A DNA stretch of 64,000 nucleotides. Origin: Auritidibacter sp. Marseille-P8566. GTDB taxonomy: Bacteria > Actinomycetota > Actinomycetes > Actinomycetales > Microbacteriaceae. The notes below the pieces were generated by a model that was not told the origin of the DNA, ran no database searches, and saw nothing but the letters and a program-made list of their open reading frames with translations. Location of the stretch: positions 164,265-228,264 of the forward strand of contig CAMDEE010000002.1 in assembly GCA_945895375.1 (NCBI GenBank). The letters run 5' to 3'. Shown one piece after another: positions 18,775 to 28,366 of this stretch (the first letter of the stretch is position 1; each line of letters opens with the position of its first letter). The translations under genes were made by a program, and so were the position numbers.

Positions 18775-21524
18775 GGCAGTTTTAGAACTTGGCCTATTCT
18801 GATTCGATCTGAGTTAACCAAATTATTAAGTTCCATCAGCCTTGCCACAGTTGTCTTAAATCTAGTTGCAATGAGCGTGAGCGTATCCCCTGCAACAATT
18901 GTGTATGTCTTAGGTTGAATAACTGTTGGTGGCTTTGGAACAACCGTTGACTTCACTGGCATCTGAGCACCGAGTGGCAGGTTCTTAATAAAATCATCAT
19001 CAACCCAGATCAATGGTGGTTCAGTTAGATTATCCAGTTTGTACTGAGCAAGATTTCTAAACGGAAGTCGTTTACCCTTAACAATCTTGTAGGCCTTCTT
19101 TATTGTCTTCTTCGATACCGGATCAATGTATGAGTGCCCTATGTATCGACCAAAACTTTTATCCGTAATGGTTAGTTGAGAACAAATTGCATCACTCAAC
19201 TTAGTTGAGACACCCGGTAATTCCTTGGCAACATCGAGCTTTGTCTCATGAAGAAGAGAGTTTGCCACAACATAAATCTGTCCAGCACAGGAAAGCTTGT
19301 ATGGGCCAAAAGTTGTGGCACTCGGATAGCCAACTAACTCAATGGTGGTCAGCGTTCTTGCTTCGGCCAACTTCAGCCTCATTGACTTGTCATTGAATGA
19401 AATCATGCTGCTTGGAGAGTCAATGATTCCAACAACACCTGTTTGCTTGTTTTTAACGACCAAACCAGGAGGCAAAACCATGACGCTCTTAGGTATGAAG
19501 CTCAGCCCTGAAACGCTTACCGGTATCACTTTTGTTGTTGACAATCCAGTTGCCAAAATCGCTCTATCAGCCTCATTGAATGTGGCTCTAATTACACCGT
19601 CTTTCAAAAGGAACACTGTCTTTTGGGTGTCAGCCTTGATGAAGTTAGCCCCAGTGATGACATCCTCGGTGGTTGGGAACTTTTCAGCTAATGAGTTAGG
19701 GACTTCAGCTGCCTTCTTAACCCAAGTGGATGTGCTCTCCACCTTGGTCTTTCCGCTTTTACTTAGCAGCCAGGTTTGTTCATTATCATCAACGATCAAA
19801 CTTCCCAGCGGCTTAGCTTCAGGAACCTTGCTCATCCCTGCGGTGCTCAAAGTTCCTGTTGTTGCTCTGAAAATCTTTGTAAAGTCAATTTCTTTTCTAG
19901 TTTCTGGGTCGATGTCATACATCACTCCACCAGCTAAGACTGCGTCTCTCTTTAAATCTTTATTAGCAAAGAGGCTTCCATCTAACGCAATTGGTAAACC
20001 CCATGGAAGATAATCAAAGTCTTTCAGTTTCAATGGAGATGGCGCAATTGAGCCAATTCCTTCAGCAGTCAGCGAAGCATCATCTAACACTTCACGTTTT
20101 TCACCAGCTCTCAATAAAACTCTGGAACCGTCTGCGAGATTTAGCATTGAAGATATTCCAAGCGCTGTCGCCGATAACCTCACGGTCAGCAAAGCATCGA
20201 GTTCTGTTTGTTTTAGGTCCTTTGCATTGGTGCAGGTAAAGCCCAGCAAATGAATCTTCGCGCAGTCAACCGGGTACTTCTTTGTCTCATTCACTAAGAA
20301 GAAAGATGATGTGGTCGCCGGAGCAACAGGAGCACCCTTGACTACCCCACTGATGTCAGATCTAAAAGGTCCGGTTGGTAAGGCATCTAATTGAACCTGC
20401 GTTAGAGCTACAGCCGCTTGACAATCAAGCCCAAGGTTTGTTGCCTGTTCGCAATTAGCAATTAGATACTTTTTACCGCCACTGATGAAGAAGTATGTAC
20501 TTACGTTGTTGACTGGGGCTGTCTTAATAATGCGTGTTAGAGGAATTCCAGTTTTAAATGAATCTAGATATTCTTTCGAGATTTCACCCAGAGGACCCAG
20601 CGGTGCTAGTTCTTTGACTAGGTCCGGATCTGAAAGCGGGTACTTAATGTCATTGGAAATGAAGTAGGGATCGCTGGTAGCACTCTTTAGTAAGAATCCA
20701 CCACCGATTGGACTTCCAAACCAATCCCAATAAAATCGCCAGAAGTTTCTATTGCCATAAGAAGAGCATCTGTCTCCTGTTCCACGCAAATTACCCAGAG
20801 ATGCCTTGTTAGGCACAAATGGCGTGTAGTAATACAGGTTTGCTGTTGCTTGGCTCTTCAGGGTAAAGCTCTGCTTGCCACAGGCCCTTGCTGCATCAGG
20901 GTGGTAAGAAATAGAAACCTGTCTGCCAGGACGAAGGTAAGTAAATGAACCGTTTGGATCTCCGTACCACTGAAACTGTCCAGCCGCTTTGTATAGCTGG
21001 TTGAAAAGACCTGTCCAAACTTTTCCACAAATGCCTGGGTCACTATCCGGGCAACCATAACCCATCGCCGCCCTGTACATATATGGTGAAGGAATTTTTG
21101 CTTGGACAAGCCCCTGTTCCTTTTGCAGAGTGACTAGAAGCACTCGAGGATTAATGCCACAAGCCCTAGAGATGTTAAAGATTATTTGCGCAGCCGAGAT
21201 ATTCTTCTGGGCTGGCATGTATTGGCACTTGCCAACCTCAGCAATCTTTTCTGGGGTGTCAGTTTTGTAATTCTTGAGACATGGCATCCCGGTCGGACCC
21301 GATCCACACACCGGCACCTGAGAATCCAGGAATCGTTGAATATCTTCAGCGGTCATGGTTCCAAAATCAAAGAACACACTGTCGCTAATAATTAGCCCTG
21401 GGTCAAAATTCTTACCATCAAGTGCTGATGCACTTGTTACCGGGGTTATCGCGGTCAGACCAAGTGAAGTCAGCAGTGCTACAACCACTGCGACTACACC
21501 TTTGGTCAACCGGCTATAGATCAC
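18771..21524 (-). CDS. secreted 917-aa cell-wall protein: conserved Cys-rich N-terminal domain, degenerate repeats, C-terminal LysM
   Basis: Signal peptide ending SASA. The N-terminal ~240 aa (FDPGLIISDSVFF...SAAQIIFNISRACGINPRVLLVTLQKEQGLV...GYGCPD...CSSYGNRNFWRFYWDWFGSP) is a family I recognise from Actinobacteria/Firmicutes wall proteins of unproven function. The C-terminal YTIVAGDTLTLIATRFKTTVARLMELNNL...IRIGQVLKLP is a LysM domain. GTG start overlaps the upstream lipoprotein stop (GTGA). Confidence 0.7.
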   Translation of the reverse strand: MIYSRLTKGVVAVVVALLTSLGLTAITPVTSASALDGKNFDPGLIISDSVFFDFGTMTAEDIQRFLDSQVPVCGSGPTGMPCLKNYKTDTPEKIAEVGKCQYMPAQKNISAAQIIFNISRACGINPRVLLVTLQKEQGLVQAKIPSPYMYRAAMGYGCPDSDPGICGKVWTGLFNQLYKAAGQFQWYGDPNGSFTYLRPGRQVSISYHPDAARACGKQSFTLKSQATANLYYYTPFVPNKASLGNLRGTGDRCSSYGNRNFWRFYWDWFGSPIGGGFLLKSATSDPYFISNDIKYPLSDPDLVKELAPLGPLGEISKEYLDSFKTGIPLTRIIKTAPVNNVSTYFFISGGKKYLIANCEQATNLGLDCQAAVALTQVQLDALPTGPFRSDISGVVKGAPVAPATTSSFFLVNETKKYPVDCAKIHLLGFTCTNAKDLKQTELDALLTVRLSATALGISSMLNLADGSRVLLRAGEKREVLDDASLTAEGIGSIAPSPLKLKDFDYLPWGLPIALDGSLFANKDLKRDAVLAGGVMYDIDPETRKEIDFTKIFRATTGTLSTAGMSKVPEAKPLGSLIVDDNEQTWLLSKSGKTKVESTSTWVKKAAEVPNSLAEKFPTTEDVITGANFIKADTQKTVFLLKDGVIRATFNEADRAILATGLSTTKVIPVSVSGLSFIPKSVMVLPPGLVVKNKQTGVVGIIDSPSSMISFNDKSMRLKLAEARTLTTIELVGYPSATTFGPYKLSCAGQIYVVANSLLHETKLDVAKELPGVSTKLSDAICSQLTITDKSFGRYIGHSYIDPVSKKTIKKAYKIVKGKRLPFRNLAQYKLDNLTEPPLIWVDDDFIKNLPLGAQMPVKSTVVPKPPTVIQPKTYTIVAGDTLTLIATRFKTTVARLMELNNLVNSDRIRIGQVLKLP

Positions 21525-21994
21525 GGAATAACTACCGAGGTTCCTGAAGATAGACCAGAGTGAACAGCAGAGTCATATTTGACGGTAACTACACCGGCAC
21601 CCTTAGCCAATACCCCCAAAGGAATCTCCATGGTTTTACACTGCGTATTTGAAGCGTTTGATTCAGAAGTCACTGTTACCGATGTGCTCTTGTCACCACC
21701 TGTGAATGTTGCTGTGCAAGTTCCACCATCCTCACTGAAGTTAGTGATCTGAGCCACGACCTGAAGAACACCAGCTTGAGTATCAACATAGGCATCCATG
21801 ATTTCAACGGTGGCTGGAAGTTTGGTAGGTTCTGGGGTTTCAGTAGGTGTCTCGGTAGGTTCAGGGGTATCCGTGTCAGTAACTGTTGGCGTTGGAGAAT
21901 CAGTCGGCTTACCCATATTTGGGTACAAAAGAGAGCATCCTGAAACAGATGCGGCCAATACAAGGGCAAGAACTGCAATTCGAAGGTTTTTCAT
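21521..21994 (-). CDS. lipoprotein with Pro/Thr/Glu-rich linker and small beta-rich domain
   Basis: Lipobox LAASVSG-C, linker TDSPTPTVTDTDTPEPTETPTETPEPT, then a ~95-aa domain with two Cys. Translationally coupled to the LysM protein. Confidence 0.7.
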   Translation of the reverse strand: MKNLRIAVLALVLAASVSGCSLLYPNMGKPTDSPTPTVTDTDTPEPTETPTETPEPTKLPATVEIMDAYVDTQAGVLQVVAQITNFSEDGGTCTATFTGGDKSTSVTVTSESNASNTQCKTMEIPLGVLAKGAGVVTVKYDSAVHSGLSSGTSVVIP

Positions 21995-22049
21995 AAACCC
22001 AGACTAACTTTTAGACCTGTTAAATCTCTTGTGCGAAACTGGGAGAAAC

Positions 22050-23435
22050 CTATTTATACTTCTTTATTTTCTGTTGAATAAGGCTTCTCATGAGACGGAA
22101 GTCTGGATTATCGGCCTGAATGGTTGGATATGAAAGTTGTAAACTCTTCAAGCCTGCAGATCTGGCCTTAAGCGCTAAATCCATCAGTGTTGGTAGTGAG
22201 CTTCCTGGAATGTCCGTCTTGATTAACTTCGCCCCTGCCCCTGCCACCGCATTGAGTCTAAATAGCAGTGTCTGCAAATCAATTTTCTTCAACACAATTC
22301 TTTCAACTTCTCTTTGACGCTTCATGCGGTCATAGTCGTTAGTGTTGTGTCTTGATCTTGCATACCAAAGAGCGGTTCGACCATCCATGTGCTGTCTGCC
22401 TTTTTCAATCCAACCCAAAGCATCAGGGCAAAATGATTCATGTTCGTTATCAGCTGGAACGCAATCCTGCTGACCACCAATAGGCAGTGCTTTCTTCACA
22501 TTCACAGTTATACCGCCAAGGGCATCAATGAGTTCAACGAAAGAGTTCATGTTGATCAGAACATAGGCATCAATCTCTAAACCGGTAACCCATTCAACTG
22601 CAGATCTGGTTGCTTCAACTCCAGCGGTTGAGCCCTTCTTAGCAATACCTGGGTAAAGATCTTTGTGATTGTCCATCGCTGTTTTGTAGATGGAGTTTAG
22701 GAAACACTCCCCACCACAATTGCTGTTGTATCCGTATGGGTAAACACTTCTAATTGGAGTGCCCTCTTTAAATCGAATGTTAGTTAGGTTTCTCGGTAAA
22801 CCAATATTTACTGCAACACCGGTATCCGCACTAACGCTGAGAATAGAAATGCTGTCAGGACGAAGGCCTAGTCGGTTAGCTCCTGAGTCTCCGCCAAGGA
22901 TAAGAATGTTATATCTACCCTTGCTGGGTTGAAAGGCTTCAGTGTTCTTGAAAGTGGTGGAAGTGAAATTAGAAGCAGCCAGTGCTGTTGATCCAATAGT
23001 TCCCGCCACATAACCATTGAATGTTCCAGTAACTAAAACAAGGACAACAAGAACAGCCTTGAATCTTGTTGTGATCCTGTGTGCATACATCAGCCTCAAA
23101 GCATCAAGAGTTGTAACAACAATCAACGCTGCATAAATCACAAAACCAATACCAATTGGCGTTGCCACCAATGGAGCTGATATAAGTGTGAAAAGAGCAA
23201 CCTTAGAAACAAGACCAAACAGTAGTGACATCGCTAGAAACGACCAGAAACCCAAAGTGAACAGAATTCCAATACGACCAAGCTTTTTATTTCCTGCAAC
23301 AACTTGAACAGAGCCTGGAACAAACAGGTTCAGTGCAATGATCCAGCCAGCTCGTTTGACTAGTTGTCTCGAGTCAGCTCGATCAACATTGCGAAATGGA
23401 GTATTCAGTTCGCGAGAATTATTTCTTGGGCTCAT
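22050..23435 (-). CDS. LCP (LytR-CpsA-Psr) family glycopolymer ligase
   Basis: Cytoplasmic N-terminus, about 4 TM helices, then the LCP core [27 protein letters not shown]...ALWYARSRH...DYDRMKRQ. Start overlaps the purE stop by 4 nt. Confidence 0.85.
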   Translation of the reverse strand: MSPRNNSRELNTPFRNVDRADSRQLVKRAGWIIALNLFVPGSVQVVAGNKKLGRIGILFTLGFWSFLAMSLLFGLVSKVALFTLISAPLVATPIGIGFVIYAALIVVTTLDALRLMYAHRITTRFKAVLVVLVLVTGTFNGYVAGTIGSTALAASNFTSTTFKNTEAFQPSKGRYNILILGGDSGANRLGLRPDSISILSVSADTGVAVNIGLPRNLTNIRFKEGTPIRSVYPYGYNSNCGGECFLNSIYKTAMDNHKDLYPGIAKKGSTAGVEATRSAVEWVTGLEIDAYVLINMNSFVELIDALGGITVNVKKALPIGGQQDCVPADNEHESFCPDALGWIEKGRQHMDGRTALWYARSRHNTNDYDRMKRQREVERIVLKKIDLQTLLFRLNAVAGAGAKLIKTDIPGSSLPTLMDLALKARSAGLKSLQLSYPTIQADNPDFRLMRSLIQQKIKKYK

Positions 23436-23926
23436 AACTTGGATTTAAGGTTCTTGTTTTTTGTTGCAACCTGGTCTGCAAGATCAGCGCTGAAGGCTTC
23501 AAGTGCTTTGGCAACCTTAGGGTCAAAAGACCCGATGATGCGAGCAGCCAAGATGCCAGCATTTCTAGCGCCATCAATAGAAACTGTTGCCACTGGAATA
23601 CCTGCTGGCATTTGAACAATAGAAAGAAGTGAATCCATTCCATCTAAATTCTTTAGCTTTACTGGTACTCCAACAACAGGAAGTGTTGTGACAGAAGCAA
23701 TCATGCCTGGTAGATGAGCTGCCCCGCCTGCTCCAGCGATAATTACTTTGATTCCACGACCTGCAGCTGCCTTACCCCACTCCATCATTCGATCAGGGGT
23801 TCTGTGAGCAGAAAGAACTTCAACTTCATACTCAATACCAAATTCTTTGAGAGCTTGAGCTGCATCACTCATAACTGCCCAGTCGCTGTCCGAGCCCATT
23901 ACAACACCTACCAGTGGTTGAGTCAT
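23432..23926 (-). CDS. purE: 5-(carboxyamino)imidazole ribonucleotide mutase
   Basis: [31 protein letters not shown]. Confidence 0.95.
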   Translation of the reverse strand: MTQPLVGVVMGSDSDWAVMSDAAQALKEFGIEYEVEVLSAHRTPDRMMEWGKAAAGRGIKVIIAGAGGAAHLPGMIASVTTLPVVGVPVKLKNLDGMDSLLSIVQMPAGIPVATVSIDGARNAGILAARIIGSFDPKVAKALEAFSADLADQVATKNKNLKSKL

Positions 23927-24004
23927 GGGGTTCTCCTAAACAGATGCCTAAATGGCAGATAACTTCTTCCCTTTGATTTTAGATTCGCATCTAAGAAAAA
24001 CTGG

Positions 24005-25102
24005 TTAGGCTTGCAGCCCTTTGAAGACTCTGGTCGCTATTTGCCTAGCGTCAGCGAGAGATTCATTTGATATAGCGGTGATGTGACCCATCTTCCTGCC
24101 AACCCTAGGTGCCTTGCTATAAACATGAATACTGGCTCCATCAAGCTCTCTATCCACCAAGCCAAAGTCATTAGCATCGTTTGGCCCCAGAAGATTCAAC
24201 ATCACGGAGTAACTCTTTAATGGGGAAGTGTCCCCCAGAGGCATTCCTGAAACTGCTCTAATGTGTTGCTCGAACTGGCTGGTTACAGATCCTTCAATAC
24301 TGAAATGCCCTGAGTTATGTGGACGCATTGCTAATTCATTAACCAAGAGCCTGCCATCAGCTGTTTCAAACATTTCAATCGCAAGAACACCTGTGACATC
24401 AAGGCCTTCCGCGATGGTCTTAGCAATCTGAGAAGCAAGTTCAAAGTTGGCATTCGGTGCAGGTGAGTTAACCTCTGCACAGACCCCATCTTTTTGAATT
24501 GTTTCAACTAAGTCCCAACTAGACCATTCACCTGAACGGTTTCTAGCTGAAAGCTGAGCGAGCTCTCTCACAAAGTTAACTTTTTCTTCAACCAGCAAAG
24601 AATTACCGTTAAGCCAATCAGTTGCATCAGCGCTTGATCTAACTACCTTGACACCTTTACCGTCATAACCACCGGTTGGGGTTTTCAGAATTGCAACTCC
24701 ACCGTGGCTCTCAATAAATGCATCTAACTCTTCAGCAGTTGAGACCTTGGCCCAATCAGGACAAGGAACTCCTAGCTGAGTAAGTTTGTCTCTCATATTT
24801 AGTTTGTTTTGAGCAAAACGTAGTGCTTTCGATGAAGGCTCAACAACAAAACCTTCAGCTTCCAAATGTTCAAGAATATGAAGTGGAACGTGCTCGTGAT
24901 CAAAAGTGATGACATCGACAGTTTTGGCAAACTGCAGAACAGTGTCTAAGTCCTTGTAATCGCCAACTTGTGTGGCAGCCGCTTGAGCTGGGCTACCTTC
25001 TGATTCGGCTAGAACTTTGATATCTATGCCAAGCGCTCTAGCAGGAGCAATCATCATTCGGGCTAATTGCCCACCACCGATAACTCCAACAGATTTAGTC
25101 AC
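24005..25102 (-). CDS. purK: 5-(carboxyamino)imidazole ribonucleotide synthase
   Basis: IGGGQLARMM N-terminus, ATP-grasp body (GGYDGKGV), ELAMRPHNSGH, C-terminal GRKMGHIT. Confidence 0.93.
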   Translation of the reverse strand: MTKSVGVIGGGQLARMMIAPARALGIDIKVLAESEGSPAQAAATQVGDYKDLDTVLQFAKTVDVITFDHEHVPLHILEHLEAEGFVVEPSSKALRFAQNKLNMRDKLTQLGVPCPDWAKVSTAEELDAFIESHGGVAILKTPTGGYDGKGVKVVRSSADATDWLNGNSLLVEEKVNFVRELAQLSARNRSGEWSSWDLVETIQKDGVCAEVNSPAPNANFELASQIAKTIAEGLDVTGVLAIEMFETADGRLLVNELAMRPHNSGHFSIEGSVTSQFEQHIRAVSGMPLGDTSPLKSYSVMLNLLGPNDANDFGLVDRELDGASIHVYSKAPRVGRKMGHITAISNESLADARQIATRVFKGLQA

Positions 25103-25105
25103 GCT

Positions 25106-25591
25106 TTATCTTCTCATTCCAGAAGACTTGGATCTTTTGCCCAAGAACTGTTCAAGCTCACGAGAGAGCTTCTTAGCTTTTGGCACTCGCTTCAAAACAA
25201 TGTCTTGACCAAACTCACGGTGCAAGCGAACATCCCCTGCTCCTTGAAGCCAAGCGCTAACACCTCGAGAAATGCTCACACCGGTCACTTCACCCCAGGG
25301 AACTTCTTCAGTCTTTGTTCCAAACAACCCTGAATGAACAACTGCCCTAGTACTAGTGAGTTCATACCTATTAGTAAAGAACCTGAGAGAAGGAATAAAC
25401 CAAAGCAATAAGCCAACAACTAAAACAGCTCCTAGCAAAGCTTGTCTTTGCCAAGTTTCAGTAAGTCGCCATTCAATAAAGAAGTAAAGGCCAGCATCAA
25501 CAAGCAGAAAGACAACTGGGTAGATTAGTGCCGAGCCATGCCTTCTGAGTATGACAAAGCTCTGCTCTTCAAATGACTGCGATGTGGACAC
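25106..25591 (-). CDS. membrane protein with bacterial PH (bPH_2)-like domain
   Basis: Two TM helices, then FFTNRYELTSTRAVVHSGLFGTKTEEVPW...V.L, which resembles the YdbS/YdbT-type PH domain. Sits between birA and purK as in other Actinobacteria. Confidence 0.6.
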   Translation of the reverse strand: MSTSQSFEEQSFVILRRHGSALIYPVVFLLVDAGLYFFIEWRLTETWQRQALLGAVLVVGLLLWFIPSLRFFTNRYELTSTRAVVHSGLFGTKTEEVPWGEVTGVSISRGVSAWLQGAGDVRLHREFGQDIVLKRVPKAKKLSRELEQFLGKRSKSSGMRR

Positions 25592-25596
25592 AACAC

Positions 25597-26385
25597 CTAT
25601 TGTCGCAAGTGTTGAATGTCCCCCGCTGCAACGGCACGAATCTCAACTGGGTCAGACATGGCGACCAAGAGCCTCCCCGTGCCATCCAGACCAACTGCCT
25701 TTCCTGAGAAATCAGAGCCATCTGGCAGAAGAACTTTCACGAAAGAACCAATAGTCGAAGAAACTTCCTGAACAGAAAGACGAAGGCCGGAGCTGTCAGC
25801 ATCACCCGAGGCATCCGAAAATTCTTCATAAAGTCTTCTGAACGAAGCAAGGTATCTAACCAGAACATCGTCTAGTTCAAAGTTTGTAACTCCATGCAAC
25901 CCTAGAGATGTTGCATTCTCAATAGGGAGCTCTTCTTTTGTCTGTTTGAGGTTAAGCCCTGCTCCAATAACTACACCTTGACCGTTAGGCAGAACCTCAG
26001 CTAGAAGACCAGAGATCTTCTCTCCATTGACTAGAACATCGTTTGGCCACTTCAAACTAACCTCTTGTTCTTCAATCAAAGATGAAACAGCATTCTTCAT
26101 AGCTAGACCTGCAAGAAGGGGAAGCCAGCCAAATGCTTCAATACCAAAAGTGCTTGGTCGTAACAACACAGAAACAGCTAGAGCTGACCCTGGTTGCGTG
26201 ACCCATTGTCTGTCTAGTCTTCCTCGACCTGCATTTTGGTTATCTGTAAGGAGAACTGAAAAATCAGCCCATAACTCAGGTTTACTTACTGCAAACGCCA
26301 ATAAATCAGTGTTTGTGGAGCCTGTTTCAGGTAAATACTCAATTCTGGAGGCAAATTCACTACTCAGTTTTAGTTCCATAGCCAT
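25597..26385 (-). CDS. birA: biotin--[acetyl-CoA-carboxylase] ligase
   Basis: GRGRLDRQW signature, KWPNDV, no HTH domain. The ORF track extends to 26451. ATG 26385 (MAMELKL...) has GGAGGG upstream and gives a typical 262 aa. Confidence 0.85.
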   Translation of the reverse strand: MAMELKLSSEFASRIEYLPETGSTNTDLLAFAVSKPELWADFSVLLTDNQNAGRGRLDRQWVTQPGSALAVSVLLRPSTFGIEAFGWLPLLAGLAMKNAVSSLIEEQEVSLKWPNDVLVNGEKISGLLAEVLPNGQGVVIGAGLNLKQTKEELPIENATSLGLHGVTNFELDDVLVRYLASFRRLYEEFSDASGDADSSGLRLSVQEVSSTIGSFVKVLLPDGSDFSGKAVGLDGTGRLLVAMSDPVEIRAVAAGDIQHLRQ

Positions 26386-26472
26386 AAGGTTAGACCCTCC
26401 AACCGACACCTCTTGGATAGAGTTGAATTTGAGCCAAGAGACCCATTGCACAACCTCAATTGGAGAACAGAT

Positions 26473-28068
26473 TTGACCGAGAAGAACACGCCTGACCTTT
26501 CAACGACTGCAGGCAAGATCGAAGACCTACGTAACCGCTACCACGAAGCAGTGTATGCAAGCGGTGAGGCAGCTATTGCTAAACAGCACGCTAAGGGCAA
26601 GAAGACCGCTCGTGAGCGTATCGAGCTACTACTAGACCCAGGTTCATTTGTTGAGATGGATGAGTTTGTTAGACACCGTTCAACTGCTTTCGGCATGGAC
26701 AAGAACCGTCCTTACGGTGATTCTGTAGTAACAGGTATTGGAACTATTGGTGGCCGTCAGGTCGCCCTATTCTCTCAAGACTTCACTATCTTCGGTGGAT
26801 CTTTAGGTGAAGCAGCTGGAAATAAGATCATCAAGATTATGGACCTAGCTATTGCAACAGGTGTTCCACTTATTGGAATCCTCGACTCAGGTGGTGCCCG
26901 CATTCAAGAAGGTGTCATCGCTTTGGGTAAGTATGGTGAAATCTTCAAGCGTCACACCATGGCATCAGGAGTTATCCCTCAGATTTCTATCATCATGGGC
27001 CCGGCTGCCGGTGGTGCCGTTTACGGTCCTGCGCTTACTGACTTTGTGATCATGGTTGATAAGACTTCAAACATGTTCGTAACCGGTCCTGATGTCATTA
27101 AGACTGTTACTGGCGAAGTTGTGGAGATGGAAGAACTTGGTGGAGCACTTGCTCACAACAAGACATCGGGTGTTGCTCACTATCTAGCAAGCGATGAAGA
27201 TGACGCATTGGATTATGCAAGAACACTGCTTAGCTTCCTACCGGAAAACAACCTAAGTGAAACTGTTCACTATGAGGGCGAAGAAGCATTAGAGATTACC
27301 GATGCTGACCGTGAACTGAACACAATCATTCCTGATTCACCTAACCAGCCCTACTCAATGATCAAAGTCATTGAATCAATCGTTGATGACAACCAGTTCT
27401 TAGAGGTCCAACCACTATTCGCACCTAACATCCTGATTGGTTTTGCTCGTGTTTCAGGTCAGTCAATTGCAATTGTTGCTAACCAGCCAAGTGCACTTGC
27501 TGGAACTCTAAACATTGATGCTGCTGAGAAAGCTGCAAGATTTGTTAGATTCGCAGATGCTTTTTCAATTCCAGTACTAACCCTTGTTGACGTTCCAGGA
27601 TATCTGCCAGGAGCAGATCAGGAATGGGCTGGAGTTATTAGACGTGGAGCTAAGTTGCTCTATGCCTATGCAGAAGCAACTGTTCCTCTGGTAACCGTTA
27701 TCACCCGTAAGGCTTACGGAGGCGCATACATTGTTATGGGCTCTAAGCAACTAGGTGCAGACATCAACCTTGCTTGGCCAACAGCTGAGATTGCAGTTAT
27801 GGGTGGACAGGGTGCTGTTAACATCTTGTTCCGCGACAAGATCAAAGCAGCTGAAGAAGCTGGTGAAGATGTTGCCAAGGTGAGAGCTCAACTAGCAGCT
27901 GAATACACCTATAACGTGGCTAGCCCATACCTTGCAGCTGAACGTGGTGAGCTAGATGGAATCATCGAACCAGCTGCCACTCGTGTCAGCGTCATCAGTG
28001 CTCTAGCTGCATTGAAGACCAAGCGAGCTACCACTCCCCCTAAGAAGCACGGAAACATTCCACTGTGA
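26473..28068 (+). CDS. pccB: acyl-CoA carboxylase carboxyltransferase beta subunit (PccB/AccD5-like)
   Basis: [11 protein letters not shown]-terminus and tandem crotonase-like CT domains (GGSLGE..., [27 protein letters not shown]). The ORF-track start is TTG at 26413. TTG at 26473 has GGAGA 6 nt upstream and gives a typical 531 aa. Confidence 0.9.
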   Translation: MTEKNTPDLSTTAGKIEDLRNRYHEAVYASGEAAIAKQHAKGKKTARERIELLLDPGSFVEMDEFVRHRSTAFGMDKNRPYGDSVVTGIGTIGGRQVALFSQDFTIFGGSLGEAAGNKIIKIMDLAIATGVPLIGILDSGGARIQEGVIALGKYGEIFKRHTMASGVIPQISIIMGPAAGGAVYGPALTDFVIMVDKTSNMFVTGPDVIKTVTGEVVEMEELGGALAHNKTSGVAHYLASDEDDALDYARTLLSFLPENNLSETVHYEGEEALEITDADRELNTIIPDSPNQPYSMIKVIESIVDDNQFLEVQPLFAPNILIGFARVSGQSIAIVANQPSALAGTLNIDAAEKAARFVRFADAFSIPVLTLVDVPGYLPGADQEWAGVIRRGAKLLYAYAEATVPLVTVITRKAYGGAYIVMGSKQLGADINLAWPTAEIAVMGGQGAVNILFRDKIKAAEEAGEDVAKVRAQLAAEYTYNVASPYLAAERGELDGIIEPAATRVSVISALAALKTKRATTPPKKHGNIPL

Positions 28069-28304
28069 TGAACCCTGAACCTATTGGCGAAAACATCAAG
28101 GTAATAGCCGGTAACCCTAGCCCTGAAGAGTTGGCTGCCGTTGTGGCCATCTTGGAGGCAGCTCATGCTGAGCAGGTTACTGAAGGTAAGAAACTTGCCA
28201 AAAAGCCGCCCTCTACTTGGAATAGAAACACGGGTATGTTCAGACATGACCTACTGCCAGGCTCTGGACAGTGGCAGGCCCAGTACCGCCCTGGCTTGGA
28301 CTAA
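28065..28304 (+). CDS. acyl-CoA carboxylase epsilon subunit
   Basis: 79 aa with a 4-nt overlap onto the pccB stop. [23 protein letters not shown] matches the AccE signature (G-x-P-x-x-E-E-L-A-A). Confidence 0.65.
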   Translation: MMNPEPIGENIKVIAGNPSPEELAAVVAILEAAHAEQVTEGKKLAKKPPSTWNRNTGMFRHDLLPGSGQWQAQYRPGLD

Positions 28305-28366
28305 ATCCCCCTTAAAACGGCACTAGATTTATCGTAAGTAATTTCGCCTACCCGAAAGGTACCAAA

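Noticed and set aside
19342-20013. 223-aa plus-strand ORF (and a neighbouring ORF at 19991..20239) inside the LysM giant-protein gene
   Set aside because: It is antisense to a frame with a signal peptide, conserved domain, repeats and LysM. The plus-strand product is Ser/Leu/Val-rich and motif-free.
21676-22007. Overlapping ORFs in two extra frames (21676..21978 minus, 21798..22007 plus) over the lipoprotein gene
   Set aside because: They are explained by the tandem codon-level repeats encoding the TPTETPEPT linker, which keep several frames open. Only the 21521..21994 frame has a lipobox and coupling to the next gene.
26027-26476. 149-aa plus-strand ORF opposite birA
   Set aside because: The birA frame carries the GRGRLDRQW signature. 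The plus-strand ORF merely runs into the pccB upstream region and has no motif.
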